Positions 1-11,100 of a DNA stretch of 64,000 bases are shown in pieces. How positions within the stretch are numbered: the first letter of the stretch is position 1; every line of letters starts with the position of its first letter. The notes below the pieces were generated by a model. It was not told where the DNA came from. It searched no databases and worked only from the letters and a program-made list of their open reading frames with translations. The position numbers and the translations under genes were made by a program. Origin of the DNA: Vampirovibrionaceae bacterium NZW_1234 (GTDB lineage Bacteria > Cyanobacteriota > Vampirovibrionia > Vampirovibrionales > JAGQHJ01); contig JBGUGD010000030.1 of assembly GCA_041697335.1 (NCBI GenBank), positions 128,001-192,000 of the forward strand. Direction: 5' to 3'.

Positions 1-674
1 ACGAAGCTCTGTTGGTGATGACCATTGGTTTTTTGACCGCGTTTCTCATTGTCGAGCGGTGGTTTAAAATCTCGAATTTGGGGTGGGCCGTGTGTTTGGT
101 GGCGCTGATTGTCATGTTTTATGCCGGTACCACGCCGACGGAAATCAACCCGCTTCAAGCCGCCCTTCGCAGCTACTGGCGCAGCATCCATGTGCCGCCA
201 TTGCTGCTCTCCTATGGGTTTTTTACCTTGGCCTTCTTAAGTTCCATCGCCTTTCTGTTGAGTGATCGCTCGCCAAAATCTGGTGGTTTGCCCGGTTCCG
301 GACCCACGCTTGCAACTCGCGAAGGCCATGGCATTTTGTCGTTTTCTTATAGTTCCATGGCCGATTTGTATGATGAAGTGACCTATCGCTGTATTGCGGC
401 AGGGTTTCCCCTGTTGATGATTGGCGTGATTCTGGGGGCTGTCTGGGCCAACGAGGCCTGGGGCAATTACTGGAGCTGGGACCCGAAGGAGTCGATGAGT
501 CTGGTGACCTTGCTGGGCTATGGTGCCTACCTGCACCTTCGCATTAATGCCGAGCATTCCCGACGGACGCTGGCTTGGGTTTCGATTGCGGGCTTTCTGT
601 TGATGCTGATGACCTTTGTTGGCGTCAATATGTGGGGCTTTGGCAGCATCCATTCCTACGGATCCGTCAGTTAG
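1..674 (+). CDS. ccsA: Cytochrome c biogenesis protein CcsA (system II), 5'-truncated by window edge
   Basis: WWD motif WANEAWGNYWSWDPKES, conserved His in IHVP and terminal HSY, multiple TM helices. Confidence 0.93.
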   Translation, partial: EALLVMTIGFLTAFLIVERWFKISNLGWAVCLVALIVMFYAGTTPTEINPLQAALRSYWRSIHVPPLLLSYGFFTLAFLSSIAFLLSDRSPKSGGLPGSGPTLATREGHGILSFSYSSMADLYDEVTYRCIAAGFPLLMIGVILGAVWANEAWGNYWSWDPKESMSLVTLLGYGAYLHLRINAEHSRRTLAWVSIAGFLLMLMTFVGVNMWGFGSIHSYGSVS

Positions 675-773
675 CGATGGTTCCAGGCTCGTAATATTTA
701 GTCACAAACTGGCATGATCTTTCTTTGAGAGGGCTTATTCCCCTATTGCCGCCCCAATAGGAATGGTCTCGTC

Positions 774-1820
774 ATGCAGTTACGTTATTCGGCCTTACCG
801 GCGCCCTCTCGTCTGGAGTCGTTTCCCTCCAAAGCGATGCTGGCTACCCCTGTCTTAGAGGCACCGGATGTTTCGGTTCGATTTGCCGCTCAGGCCACGA
901 CATCCGGTGGCACGCGAAAAAAGTCCGCACCCAATCTTCTGGATCGCTTGGTCCGCTCTCTTCGCAAAACCTGGAGGGCCTTTAAAAACTGGGTTTTCAG
1001 CGTTCTTTCTTCGGTGTTTCGCATCGCTAAGCCCAAGAAAACCAAGATTTCGGCCATTGATCAAATGCGCTTGGATCTGATTAAAGCCTATCGCAAGGTG
1101 GGAACGCACGGGTATCTTGCGATAGCTGATAAAATGGAACGTTGTGAACTGCCTTTGAATGCGATGTTTTCAAACCTGTTGAATCATCGGTACAACGTGC
1201 TTCGGACCCACAACTACCCTATTGATGCGCGCCATCAGCATGACATTGACCAAGTTTCGGGCCAGGGAACCCCTGAGATTAAAGTCAAGGTGGAAGGCGG
1301 CTGGCATTATCGGATTCCCAAGAATCTTAAAGCCCGAGGCGTGGCTTCAGGTGCCTCCTCAAAAGATCGGGTGTCCCTCAATGTGGTGGCCGATAAGGCC
1401 CTGTTGGCCCAGTTGGATCAGCTGTTTGTGACCCGGGTGAAAGGCTATTACAAGACCCCCGATATGTCGGACAACTGGCTTGAGCGTCATGATCCCATCA
1501 CCATGTATCTGGATGAACCCTTGACCCCGGCCATTGAGGCGGAGATTGTCAAGATCGTCACCCCTTTTGTCCGAAGCACCAAGGACGTTTTGCCGGGGCG
1601 CCTTTTAGCGCCGGGCATGGCGGCCGAAACCAGCCCCACGGTGGATGAGATTAACCATGAAATTACACGGGCCAAGGCCATTGACGCCCAGTTTGCCGAT
1701 GCCGTGAAACAGTATTTCACCGATAAGCGCGGCCAACTGAAAACCAGTGCCGGGCGCCTTCGGTCGGTCCGTGAAGTTATTGACCAATACAGCAGGCCCT
1801 CGGCGAAATCCTCTATCTGA
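774..1820 (+). CDS. HopA1-like domain protein with low-complexity N-terminal leader
   Basis: C-terminal motifs RVSLNV, YYK, RHDPITMY, LLAPGMA, SAGRLR follow the order of HopA1-family motifs (RxYxN, FK, RxDxxVLY, LAPG, SFGxxR); AGGA upstream of ATG. Confidence 0.6.
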   Translation: MQLRYSALPAPSRLESFPSKAMLATPVLEAPDVSVRFAAQATTSGGTRKKSAPNLLDRLVRSLRKTWRAFKNWVFSVLSSVFRIAKPKKTKISAIDQMRLDLIKAYRKVGTHGYLAIADKMERCELPLNAMFSNLLNHRYNVLRTHNYPIDARHQHDIDQVSGQGTPEIKVKVEGGWHYRIPKNLKARGVASGASSKDRVSLNVVADKALLAQLDQLFVTRVKGYYKTPDMSDNWLERHDPITMYLDEPLTPAIEAEIVKIVTPFVRSTKDVLPGRLLAPGMAAETSPTVDEINHEITRAKAIDAQFADAVKQYFTDKRGQLKTSAGRLRSVREVIDQYSRPSAKSSI

Positions 1821-1898
1821 AGGTTCACCTCCGGGTGTCCGATGCCCCATACTCTCAGGGGAGCCTCTTGACACACGTGTACAAGGAAACCATCAGGT

Positions 1899-2651
1899 AT
1901 GATCCGGTTTGACCAGGTCACCAAAGAATATGAAGGCCATCCCGTTCTTCGGGATCTCTCCTTTCAAATCCATCAAGGCGAAACCGTTGTTTTGATGGGA
2001 ACCTCCGGTTGCGGAAAAACCACGGCCTTGCGGTGCATCAATGGCTTGGAACGGGTGCAGCAAGGAACCATTGTGGTTCGCGATGTCAACATTACCCAAG
2101 CTCCAAAACAGTTTGACTGGAACCGCTTTCGTTCGGAAATTGGGGTGGTGTTCCAGCAGTTTAACCTGTTTCCACACCTTCGGGTCATCGATAACATTAC
2201 CTTGGGGCCGATTAAAGTCAAACGCATGGCGAAGGATGAGGCCCATGAAAAGGCCATGGCCTTACTCAGAAAAGTGGGTCTGGCGGAAAAAGCCCATCGG
2301 TATCCTCATAACTTATCGGGCGGCGAAAAACAACGCGTGGCCATTGCCCGTGCCTTGGCCATGTCCTCGGATATTCTTCTGCTGGATGAGCCCACCAGTG
2401 CCTTGGACCCGTTGATGACCGCTGAAGTGCTGTATACGATTCAAGACTTGGCCCATGCTGGGATTACGTTGGTGATTGTGACCCATGAAGTCCATTTTGC
2501 CTGTCGGGTGGCCGATCGGATCTTGTTCCTGGATAAAGGGCAAATCGTCGAGTCTGGGCCTCCAAGTCATTTTCAGCATGCCCTGGGTCATGATGTTGCA
2601 AAACGTTACTTTGACATGCTGTGGGACGGGTCACCGCCGGTCCGCTCATAA
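1899..2651 (+). CDS. Polar amino acid ABC transporter ATP-binding protein (GlnQ-like)
   Basis: Walker A GTSGCGKTT, VFQQFNLFPHL, signature LSGGEKQRVAIARAL, Walker B LLLDEPTSALDP. Confidence 0.93.
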   Translation: MIRFDQVTKEYEGHPVLRDLSFQIHQGETVVLMGTSGCGKTTALRCINGLERVQQGTIVVRDVNITQAPKQFDWNRFRSEIGVVFQQFNLFPHLRVIDNITLGPIKVKRMAKDEAHEKAMALLRKVGLAEKAHRYPHNLSGGEKQRVAIARALAMSSDILLLDEPTSALDPLMTAEVLYTIQDLAHAGITLVIVTHEVHFACRVADRILFLDKGQIVESGPPSHFQHALGHDVAKRYFDMLWDGSPPVRS

Positions 2652-2743
2652 CGAGGGTTGCGTTTCCGGAGCCGACATGGCCCGGGATGTGGGGTGAGGT
2701 CTCTCGGGCTTGGGTTTTGGATTCTCGTTGTATAATGGACCGT

Positions 2744-3991
2744 ATGAAACGCTTGCGCTTTCTTCAGGTGTCCGATGTCCATTTTGGATCGCCCATGACC
2801 GGCTCACGTTTGGGTCTGTCGGGTGAGGCCCTTGTGCAGCGTCAGCAGGAATTTCAAGAGCTTATCATGAGTTGGGCCGGGGTGGTTCGGGAGAAAAATC
2901 TGGATGTGGTCTTGATCCCCGGGGATCTGTGGGATGCTGAGCGCCTGGACCGTCATCAATTGGACACCTTCCGGGTGCTTTACACGGAACTGTGCAATAT
3001 GCCGGTGCCCGTGGTGATTGCGCCCGGAAACCATGACTTCTATTCCATTAGCAGCTTTTATCACCCCGATGTGCTTCGGGCCCATGGGTTTGAGCCTTGG
3101 CCGGAACACGTGGTGATCTTCAATCAGCCGGGGTTTACGTCCCAATGGTTGCCCGGATGGGAAGGCCGGGTCCGTATTACTGGGCGGGCCTTTCATGACA
3201 ATACCCTCAACACACCTTCCGGATCTGATTCTGAGCATGCTCAAGAGCGCTTATTGGCCAAACTGGACCCCTGTGGCCCCTCCGAAGAGCTTCAGTTGCT
3301 GTTATTTCATGGCTCTCGAGATGATTATCATCCGGCGTTGCACAAGATGACGGCCCCGTTTTCCACCTCGGAGCTTGTGGCCTTGAACTATGACTATGTG
3401 GCTGTGGGGCATTACCACCAGCATGAAGCCTTTACCGACCCCCATGGGGCGGTCCGAGGCGCGTACTCCGGCTGTCCCTTTGCCCGAGGCTTGGATGAGA
3501 CAGGCCCCAAAACAGTGATTGTGGGTGAAATCGTCAAAGATGGCACCTCTCTGGCGCAGGTTTCCCTGGAGCGTGTGACCCTGGATGATCGGCAAATTGT
3601 GTATCGCTATATTCCCATTACCGGAAAGGATACGGTGGAAGGTATCGAGGCCTTGCTTCTAGGCGATTTGAATTACCATGCCCGGGCCCAGGATATGATC
3701 TATTGTGAGCTTCAGGGACAGATCCCCGCCGGTATCCAGCTGGATTGGGAACGGTTGGAAGCGACGTTCAACAACCTTTTCTTTCATGTCACCCTCGATC
3801 ACAGTCGGGTGATGCCCGCCTACGACCTGGATTACTATCGTCAGGACCCTCACAGTTTGGAAGGCCGTTATATTGAGGCCATGGAGACGAAATTGGCCGA
3901 GGCCGAAACCGAGGCCCAGCGGGAGCGACTGACCCAGGCCCTGTATCTGGGCCTGGATGCCTTGACCGGAATGCAGGTGCGTCAGCCATGA
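2744..3991 (+). CDS. Mre11/SbcD-like metallophosphoesterase (YhaO-like nuclease)
   Basis: Motifs SDVHFG, PGDLWD, PGNHD, FHG, GHYH, YSGCP; start at ATG 2744 or 2735; ATGA overlap with the next gene. Confidence 0.88.
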   Translation: MKRLRFLQVSDVHFGSPMTGSRLGLSGEALVQRQQEFQELIMSWAGVVREKNLDVVLIPGDLWDAERLDRHQLDTFRVLYTELCNMPVPVVIAPGNHDFYSISSFYHPDVLRAHGFEPWPEHVVIFNQPGFTSQWLPGWEGRVRITGRAFHDNTLNTPSGSDSEHAQERLLAKLDPCGPSEELQLLLFHGSRDDYHPALHKMTAPFSTSELVALNYDYVAVGHYHQHEAFTDPHGAVRGAYSGCPFARGLDETGPKTVIVGEIVKDGTSLAQVSLERVTLDDRQIVYRYIPITGKDTVEGIEALLLGDLNYHARAQDMIYCELQGQIPAGIQLDWERLEATFNNLFFHVTLDHSRVMPAYDLDYYRQDPHSLEGRYIEAMETKLAEAETEAQRERLTQALYLGLDALTGMQVRQP

Positions 3992-6897
3992 GATTTAAAT
4001 CGCTGATTAGTCATGGTTTTGGATGCCTACCCGATGGCTTTGAGGTGGCCTTTGCCCCCAAAGGTGTGACCATCCTGCTTGGTCAAAACGAATGGGGCAA
4101 ATCCACCATGGTCCAAGGCCTTTTGGCTGGCCTCTTCGGAGAGCCCCATGCGGCTAAAGAAGCCCGGCACTTTCGTCAGGCCTATGCGCCCTGGTCCTTG
4201 CCGGGGAGTCTGCCTCGGTTGACCTTGGAAGTGGCGACCCACGATGATCGGCTGCTGGCCATTACCCGTGAATTTGGATCCCGGACCACGCCGGTTCGGG
4301 TGGTGGAGGTTGCCTCGCGTAAAGATCTGACGCTGGACTTTCAGGTCGATAAAAAGACCTATCTTGTCGGTGAGCAGCTGACGGGGTTGATGCGGCCGAC
4401 CTTTGAAAAAACGGCCCTCCTGCTTCAAGGGCATTTGCAGTCCTTTGAAAATAACGGGGATCTGATCCACGCCATTGAAGAAGCGGTGATTTCCGGCACA
4501 ACGGGGGTGACGTCTCAAATGGCTCTCGATGAGCTTAAGCGGGCCGAGCGGCAAACCATGCCGGGGGAGAACCCGTTGCTCTTGTCCAGCATTATCAGCC
4601 GTCTGGATGCGACCATTGCCCAGCTGGAAAAAGAGAGTAAGGTCCTTGAAGCGGACTATGAGGCTTATCAGGCGTCATTTAAAGCCCTGGATGTTCAAAC
4701 CGAGGCGATGGCCCAATTGGATGCCCGCATTCGTCATGCCGAAATGCGCTTAAAGCAAGCCGAATATACGGAAGTGAATGCGATTGTGACCAGTGATGAA
4801 ACGCTGCGAACCGAATGTGATGAACTTCGTCAACAGCAAGCCTTACTGGAGCACTATGCCGATTTCCCCATTCATCAGCAAAGCCTGGTTCAGGAAACCT
4901 TTGGACAGCTGTCCCAGGTTCGAGAAACCATGAGCCGGGTCGAAACCTTGCTGGTTCGGCATCAGGAAGAATTGGATCAGTTGACCGAAGATGTCACGGC
5001 GTTTCCCTGGCTCATTAATAGCCTGGATCGGGTTCAAGTCGATCAATTGATTGTTCAGCTCCAGGATGCCCGGCAGCAGTATTTGATTGCTCAAGCCCAG
5101 TTGGATTATGAGGCAAACCAAGCAGTCAAACATGGCGGTGATTTGGCCCGTTTTTCTGTCACATTAGAGCGTTTGGAGGCCATGACGGCCGAGCAACAAC
5201 AGTCTGTCCACCATGTGGCTTTGGTGTATGGCGATGTGCAGAAACAGATAACCGAGATTAAGGAGACCTTGAGTCTCTACAGTCAGCAGCTTTTGGAGCT
5301 TAACCGTCGTGTGGCCCGGCGTCGGGGGCTTAATTTGGGCTTGATTCTGGCGGGGCTCTGTCTGGCCGGTCTAGCCTGCTCGCCGTTGGTGCTGGTTCCC
5401 TGGATGCCTTGGCTTTTAGCCATAAGTGGGCTGCTGGGTCTTGTGGGTGTTGTTTCCAACGTGATGATGGGATCCTTGTTTGCCCAACGCCAGTTTTTGA
5501 AAACATCGGTGGAGGAGCAGACCCAGCAGGAAAGTGACTTACTGTACCAGCGCTACCTCATGCAAGAAAAATGGGTGGGCCCGGACACGGAGTATGGCCG
5601 TGAATTCTCCTGGTTTGGTGATGCAGAGGTCCTGGATGAACTGGCGTGGTACTGGGCAGAGAAAGACCGCTATTTCAGCCATTATGTTGATGCCTGGCAA
5701 ACGGTCAAGCTGCGTGAAGCCGATCTCAACGTCCATCTTCAGGCTCTGGCCACCGCCCTGGAAGCTGCCGATTCTGATGAACCATCATTGGAACTGCGTC
5801 TGCGTCGGATGGATGATCTTCTGGAACAGTACCAGGCCTTTGGCTTGAAATGCCAGGTCTGGGAAGAGACCCGTCAGCGTTTTGCCGTTTCTCAAGAGCG
5901 CCTGGCTGAAGAGAAGGCGACCCGAAAACGCCTTGAAGCCACCTTGATGGACTGTCTGCAGACTCAGTGCGGGCTTTCCATCGAGCAGGGCTTTGATGCA
6001 GCTGTGGATATGTTCCTGGAAGGTGTGCGTTTGTATCATGAATACAATACCTTGAAGGCACAAGCCGATGAGAAAACACGCCATCTGAAATCGGATGAGC
6101 AGCGGGAGGCCTATTATACTCAGTTGCAGGCCTTGGCCCAGATGATTGAACACCCAATCCCGGCAGATTTGGACAGTGTGATGCAGGAGCGACAACAGGT
6201 CTATTCCTTGCGTAGCGATCGGGAGCGGATGCAAGAGGCGATTTATCAGCTTCAGTTGAGCATTAAAGACAAACAAGACCGGTTTAACCGGGATTACCCC
6301 CAAATTCAAGCGGCCTTAGAGGAGAAGCAGGCCTTACGGGAGCGGTATCAACAGTTCCAGGAAGCCCTGACCCTGGCCCAGGAAACCCTGCAGGAAGTTG
6401 CCCAAGACGAGTACAGCCAATGGGCGTTTCGTCTCAACAATCGCGTCAATGCCGTTCTCAACAAATTCCGCTCGCCCTATCAGGACATTCGCTTTCAAAC
6501 GGATCTGCAGTTTTCCGTCGTGGATGGTACCGGACGTGAATTTCATCAACGCGAAGCCTTCCAGAGCCTGAGCTGTGGGACAAAAGATCAGATTTATCTG
6601 GCCATTCGGATGGCCATTACCGAGCACTTGAGCCAGGAAGGAGAGCACTTGCCCATTATCCTGGATGACCCCTTCGTGAACTTCGATGATGAGCGGTTTT
6701 TCTATGCGTTGGAAACCCTGGCCAAATATGGGTTTATGGGTCGCCAAATTCTGATTTTCAGTTGCCACCAAGCGCGTTTTGAGCAGGCTTATCGCCAGCT
6801 ACAGCCCAAGTTTGAGACCAGTTTGTTCCTGCATCATTTAGGTGCCGCGCAAAGCCCAATGCCAAAAGTCCATATATTAGAGGACCTCCCTTCCTAG
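3988..6897 (+). CDS. Rad50/SbcC-like coiled-coil ATPase (YhaN-like) with central hydrophobic hairpin
   Basis: Walker A GQNEWGKST, long coiled coils, signature LSCGTKDQ, Walker B IILDDPFVNFD; two hydrophobic helices mid-protein. Confidence 0.87.
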   Translation: MRFKSLISHGFGCLPDGFEVAFAPKGVTILLGQNEWGKSTMVQGLLAGLFGEPHAAKEARHFRQAYAPWSLPGSLPRLTLEVATHDDRLLAITREFGSRTTPVRVVEVASRKDLTLDFQVDKKTYLVGEQLTGLMRPTFEKTALLLQGHLQSFENNGDLIHAIEEAVISGTTGVTSQMALDELKRAERQTMPGENPLLLSSIISRLDATIAQLEKESKVLEADYEAYQASFKALDVQTEAMAQLDARIRHAEMRLKQAEYTEVNAIVTSDETLRTECDELRQQQALLEHYADFPIHQQSLVQETFGQLSQVRETMSRVETLLVRHQEELDQLTEDVTAFPWLINSLDRVQVDQLIVQLQDARQQYLIAQAQLDYEANQAVKHGGDLARFSVTLERLEAMTAEQQQSVHHVALVYGDVQKQITEIKETLSLYSQQLLELNRRVARRRGLNLGLILAGLCLAGLACSPLVLVPWMPWLLAISGLLGLVGVVSNVMMGSLFAQRQFLKTSVEEQTQQESDLLYQRYLMQEKWVGPDTEYGREFSWFGDAEVLDELAWYWAEKDRYFSHYVDAWQTVKLREADLNVHLQALATALEAADSDEPSLELRLRRMDDLLEQYQAFGLKCQVWEETRQRFAVSQERLAEEKATRKRLEATLMDCLQTQCGLSIEQGFDAAVDMFLEGVRLYHEYNTLKAQADEKTRHLKSDEQREAYYTQLQALAQMIEHPIPADLDSVMQERQQVYSLRSDRERMQEAIYQLQLSIKDKQDRFNRDYPQIQAALEEKQALRERYQQFQEALTLAQETLQEVAQDEYSQWAFRLNNRVNAVLNKFRSPYQDIRFQTDLQFSVVDGTGREFHQREAFQSLSCGTKDQIYLAIRMAITEHLSQEGEHLPIILDDPFVNFDDERFFYALETLAKYGFMGRQILIFSCHQARFEQAYRQLQPKFETSLFLHHLGAAQSPMPKVHILEDLPS

Positions 6898-7010
6898 AAA
6901 TTCGCTAAAATAGGAGATATCTCTTGGGATATCGTCGCGCATGACTTCGGTGTGTCATGGCGGTGGCGATGCGAGTCATCACACGAGAACAGGAATCGAA
7001 CCGACGTTTT

Positions 7011-8099
7011 ATGGAGCATTTTAAAAAGACACTGCTGACGGTCTGCCAGGTCATCTTATGGTTGATGTTTTTGTGTGCCATCAACGATCCTGGGATGGTG
7101 GGCCCCCGGCCGGAAGAGAGCATTTATCATACCTATGCATTTTTGTTGCAGCCGGTCTATACTCTGGGCGGCTATCTGATTCTGCCGGTTCAATGGCTTT
7201 TCGTCAAAGCCGGGTGGTATCATCCGGAGTTGGCTGCGCACAGTTGGTTTCCCATCAGCACGGCAACGTCGTTCAGTGCGTTTGTGACCCCGATGGGCTG
7301 GGGCAGTGTGTTTAAACCGGATCTGTTTCAAGGGACCTTGATTTGGTGGGTGCCCATTGCCTCGGTTACCTTGAGTGTCGGGGTTCGTGTGGGTGGCTAT
7401 ATGGCTGAACATGGTCGTAACTGGCTGTGGAATGTGATGATTGAATACATCTTCCAGCGTAAAAAGGCCAAGCTGTATCAAAAAGCCCTGACGGAAAAGA
7501 ACAAGGATTTAGAGCGGATGAGCAGCCAGTATCGTGAACTGGCTCAAGAAACCCACTCGCTCAAGGATTCGGTTATTACCGATGAACTGACCAAGGTCTT
7601 CAACAAACGGTTTTTCCTGAATCGCATTCAACAGGAATTCAATGCCTGTAAGCAGCATGGCAGTATGTTGAGCTTGATTATGGTGGACATCGATTTCTTT
7701 AAGAAGCTCAACGACAACTACGGTCACTTGGCTGGTGACCAGGTGCTGAAGTCGGTTGCGCAAGTGTTGAAGCGCTTTTCGCCGGATCAATGCTATCCTT
7801 GTCGCTATGGGGGTGAAGAGTTTGTTATCATCATGGCCCGAAAAACTTTGGAGCAGACCATTGAAGCAGCTCGTCTGATTCAGGAAAATGTCCAGCAGCT
7901 TCGCTTTGATGACATTGATAAAAAGCTCCGGGTTACGGTGAGCCAGGGGATTTGTACCGTGGATTTCTCCAGCCCGGAATCGGCCAGTATCAAAAAGTTT
8001 GAGTCCTTGCTGGAATTGGCGGATCAACAGCTCTACCGCTCCAAGCAGGAAGGGCGGAACCGGGTTTCGGCCAATTACATCACCGATCGTCATAAGTAA
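7011..8099 (+). CDS. Membrane-anchored diguanylate cyclase
   Basis: N-terminal TM segments, coiled coil, DELT, DIDFFKKLNDNYGHLAGD and RYGGEEF motifs; start uncertain (6957-7011). Confidence 0.9.
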   Translation: MEHFKKTLLTVCQVILWLMFLCAINDPGMVGPRPEESIYHTYAFLLQPVYTLGGYLILPVQWLFVKAGWYHPELAAHSWFPISTATSFSAFVTPMGWGSVFKPDLFQGTLIWWVPIASVTLSVGVRVGGYMAEHGRNWLWNVMIEYIFQRKKAKLYQKALTEKNKDLERMSSQYRELAQETHSLKDSVITDELTKVFNKRFFLNRIQQEFNACKQHGSMLSLIMVDIDFFKKLNDNYGHLAGDQVLKSVAQVLKRFSPDQCYPCRYGGEEFVIIMARKTLEQTIEAARLIQENVQQLRFDDIDKKLRVTVSQGICTVDFSSPESASIKKFESLLELADQQLYRSKQEGRNRVSANYITDRHK

Positions 8100-8137
8100 C
8101 ACGTGTTGATTTCCCAACCGCCCAAGACGAAGCAGGC

Positions 8138-11100
8138 TTACTTGTTGCTGGCCGTGACAGCAGCTTCCTTGGTGAGGACTTTCATTTTCTCGAGGAAGGT
8201 TTCCAGGAAGGTCATCTGATCCTGCGTGGTCATCAGGCCCCGTTTGATCAGGAGCACCGGCTGGCTGCCTTCACGTGAGGTGACAGCAGGGACCCAGCGG
8301 GCTTTGTTGCCGATTTCCGGGGGTAACTTGCTTTGGAACTGCATCCACTCTTTTAAGGTAAAGGGCACCGAGATCCGGAGGAATTCCGAATCTTCGCGAA
8401 TCATGGAGAAGTTCAGCTCGGTTGCCGTAATCCGCATTTTTACCAGGCGCACCAGCTCCTGGGCCGGAGCTGGGGTGTCGCCGAAGCGGTCTTTCCACTC
8501 GGCCTGGATGATGTCGAGAGCCCGAAGGGTGCGAATATCTGCCAAACGCTTGTACTCGGTCAGCTTGACGTTCTTGTCGCCTACCCAGTCATCGGGAATA
8601 TAGGCCGTGACGTTGAGATCGATAATGGCATCTTCTTTGGTTTCGGCCACCTTGCCCTGGAGTTCCTGAATGGACTCGTCAAGCATCTGGCAATACAGAT
8701 CAAAGCCCACAGAGACCATATGCCCGTGTTGCTCCGAGCCCAACACGTTGCCGACGCCTCGGATTTCCAAATCTCGCTGGGCAATTTGATACCCGCTGCC
8801 CAGGGTCGTGAATTCCCGAATGGCCCGTAACCGTTCCTGGGCATCCTGGGTCAGGATTTGATCCTGGTTGTAATAGCAATAGGCGTAGGCCTGGGTTTCA
8901 CTTCGCCCGACCCGGCCTCGAATCTGGTAAAGCTGTGACAGGCCAAAGCGATCGGCTCGGTCCACAATAATGGTATTCACGTTGGGAATGTCCAACCCAC
9001 TTTCGATAATGGTGGTGCACAACAGGACATGATGCTTTTTCTGGGCAAAATCAAGCATAACCGTTTCCAGATCCCGCTCATTCATCTGGCCATGCCCCAC
9101 AATAAAGGAGACCTCCGGCACCAGATCTTGGAGTTCGTTGAGTTTGTTGTAAATGGTCTGCACCCGGTTATGGACAAAGTAGACCTGACCACCCCGATCG
9201 ACTTCCTGTAATATGGCCATCCGCACTTGGGCCGGGTTATAGGGGCCTACGAAGGTTTTAATGGGAGAACGGTTGACGGGTGGGGTGTTAATCAAGCTCA
9301 GATTGCGGATGCCGGACATAGCCATATACAAGGTCCGTGGGATCGGCGTGGCTGAGAGGGTCAGGACATCGACTTCCTTGCGCACTTGCTTGAGCTTTTC
9401 CTTGTGAGCCACCCCGAAGCGTTGTTCTTCATCGACCACCACCAGACCCAGGTCTTTAAAGTGCACGTCACGTTGCAAAAGACGATGTGTTCCGACGACC
9501 ACATCGCATTCACCCAAGGTCAAGCGATCCAGCACTTCTTTTTGCTCCTTGGGCGAGCGAAACCGGGAGAGTAGCCCCACACGAACCGGGTAGGGCTTGA
9601 AACGATCGGACAGGGTATTGAAGTGCTGCTGGGCCAGGATGGTGGTGGGCACCAGTACGGCCACTTGTTTGCCGGAGAGGACGGCCTTAAAAATGGATCG
9701 AAGGGCCACCTCGGTTTTTCCGTAGCCCACATCGCCGCAGATCAGCCGATCCATCGGTTTGTCCGATTCCATGTCGGCTTTGACATCCAGGATGGCCTGC
9801 CATTGATCCGGCGTTTCGGTGTAGGGGAAGGATTCTTCCAACTCAACCTGCCATGGGGAGTCCGGCTCAAATTGAAACCCCCGGGATCGGGAGCGGGCCG
9901 CATAGAGTTCCATCAGCTCGCGGGCAATGCTGCGAATGGATTTTTGGACTTTCGACTTGGTTTTGCTCCAGTCAATGCCGCCCATTTTGTTGAGCTTGGG
10001 CGGTGTATCCCCGCTGCCGCGGTAGCGCGAAAGCAAGTTGACTTGATCCGCAGGCACATGGAGGCGATCATTGCCGGAATACTGGATGGTCAGGTATTCC
10101 CGTTTTTCGCCATCAATCTGAATTTGAGCCAGTTTGACAAAGCGGCCAATCCCATGGTGTTGGTGGACAACGTAATCGCCTTCCCGTAATTCGTCAATGG
10201 CCTTAATGGTTTCCAAATCCTGGCGCTTGGTCCCCGAGGTGGCACTGATTACCAGCTTTTTCCGGCGCCGGCCAAAGAGTTCGGCATCGGTAAAGTGGAT
10301 CAGTTTTTCAGCAGGCAGCTGAAACCCTTCCAAAAGGCCTTGTTTAGCCACCAGAACATCGTAGTTCAGGTTTTTTAGATCGCTTGGCGAGATGCCATCA
10401 TCGGTAATGTAGATGGCCGGGACATCCCACTCTTTGCAGTTGTCCAGGATACGCTGGGGCGTATCGGTGGTGACAAAGATCTGATATTGCTCCCGACGCA
10501 GATTCTGAAGGGCCTGAGCGGCTTCTTTCAGATCAGCCTTGTAGTTGGTCGGAGCATGAAACGTCAGTGTCAGCTTGGTCGGGTCGTTCTCGGCTTCCGG
10601 CATCACAGGAAAACTATCCAGATAAAGCTGTTTTGGCATGCGCTGGTTGAGGCGGGCCAGTCCCTCCTCGGTCGACAGGTGGTAGGTGAACCCGAGATCC
10701 AACAGGCGGCCTTTATGGATGCCTTCTTCCAATTGCCGGGTCAGGCGATCGGTATAGCCGCGCAGGTGATTTTCGGTGACCACCCAGTCATCAAAGACCA
10801 CCAGGCTGTTTTCAGGCAGCATATCCACCAACGGCTTGAAGTCGGGTTCGATCAAGGGGGCATAGTAGTCCAACCCGTCCGGAATGAAGGCTTGTTCCAT
10901 GGCCTGGATCTGGTTTTCCACCGTGGCTCTAAGGGCTTCTTCATCGACCGGGTCCAAGCTCTTGCATTGCGCCTCCAGGTGAGTATGCATGGCCTCGATC
11001 AGCTTGGCTTTATTGTCCTCGGACAGCAGCAGCGCATGGCGCGGAATGGCCATCACCTTGTCCACGGCATCAATCGAGCGCTGGGTGTCGATATTGATGA

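Noticed and set aside
709..724. Sigma54-like TGGCATG-N4-TTCT upstream of the HopA1-like gene
   Set aside because: The -12 GC is missing, and similar sites were not found before the other leader-bearing genes.
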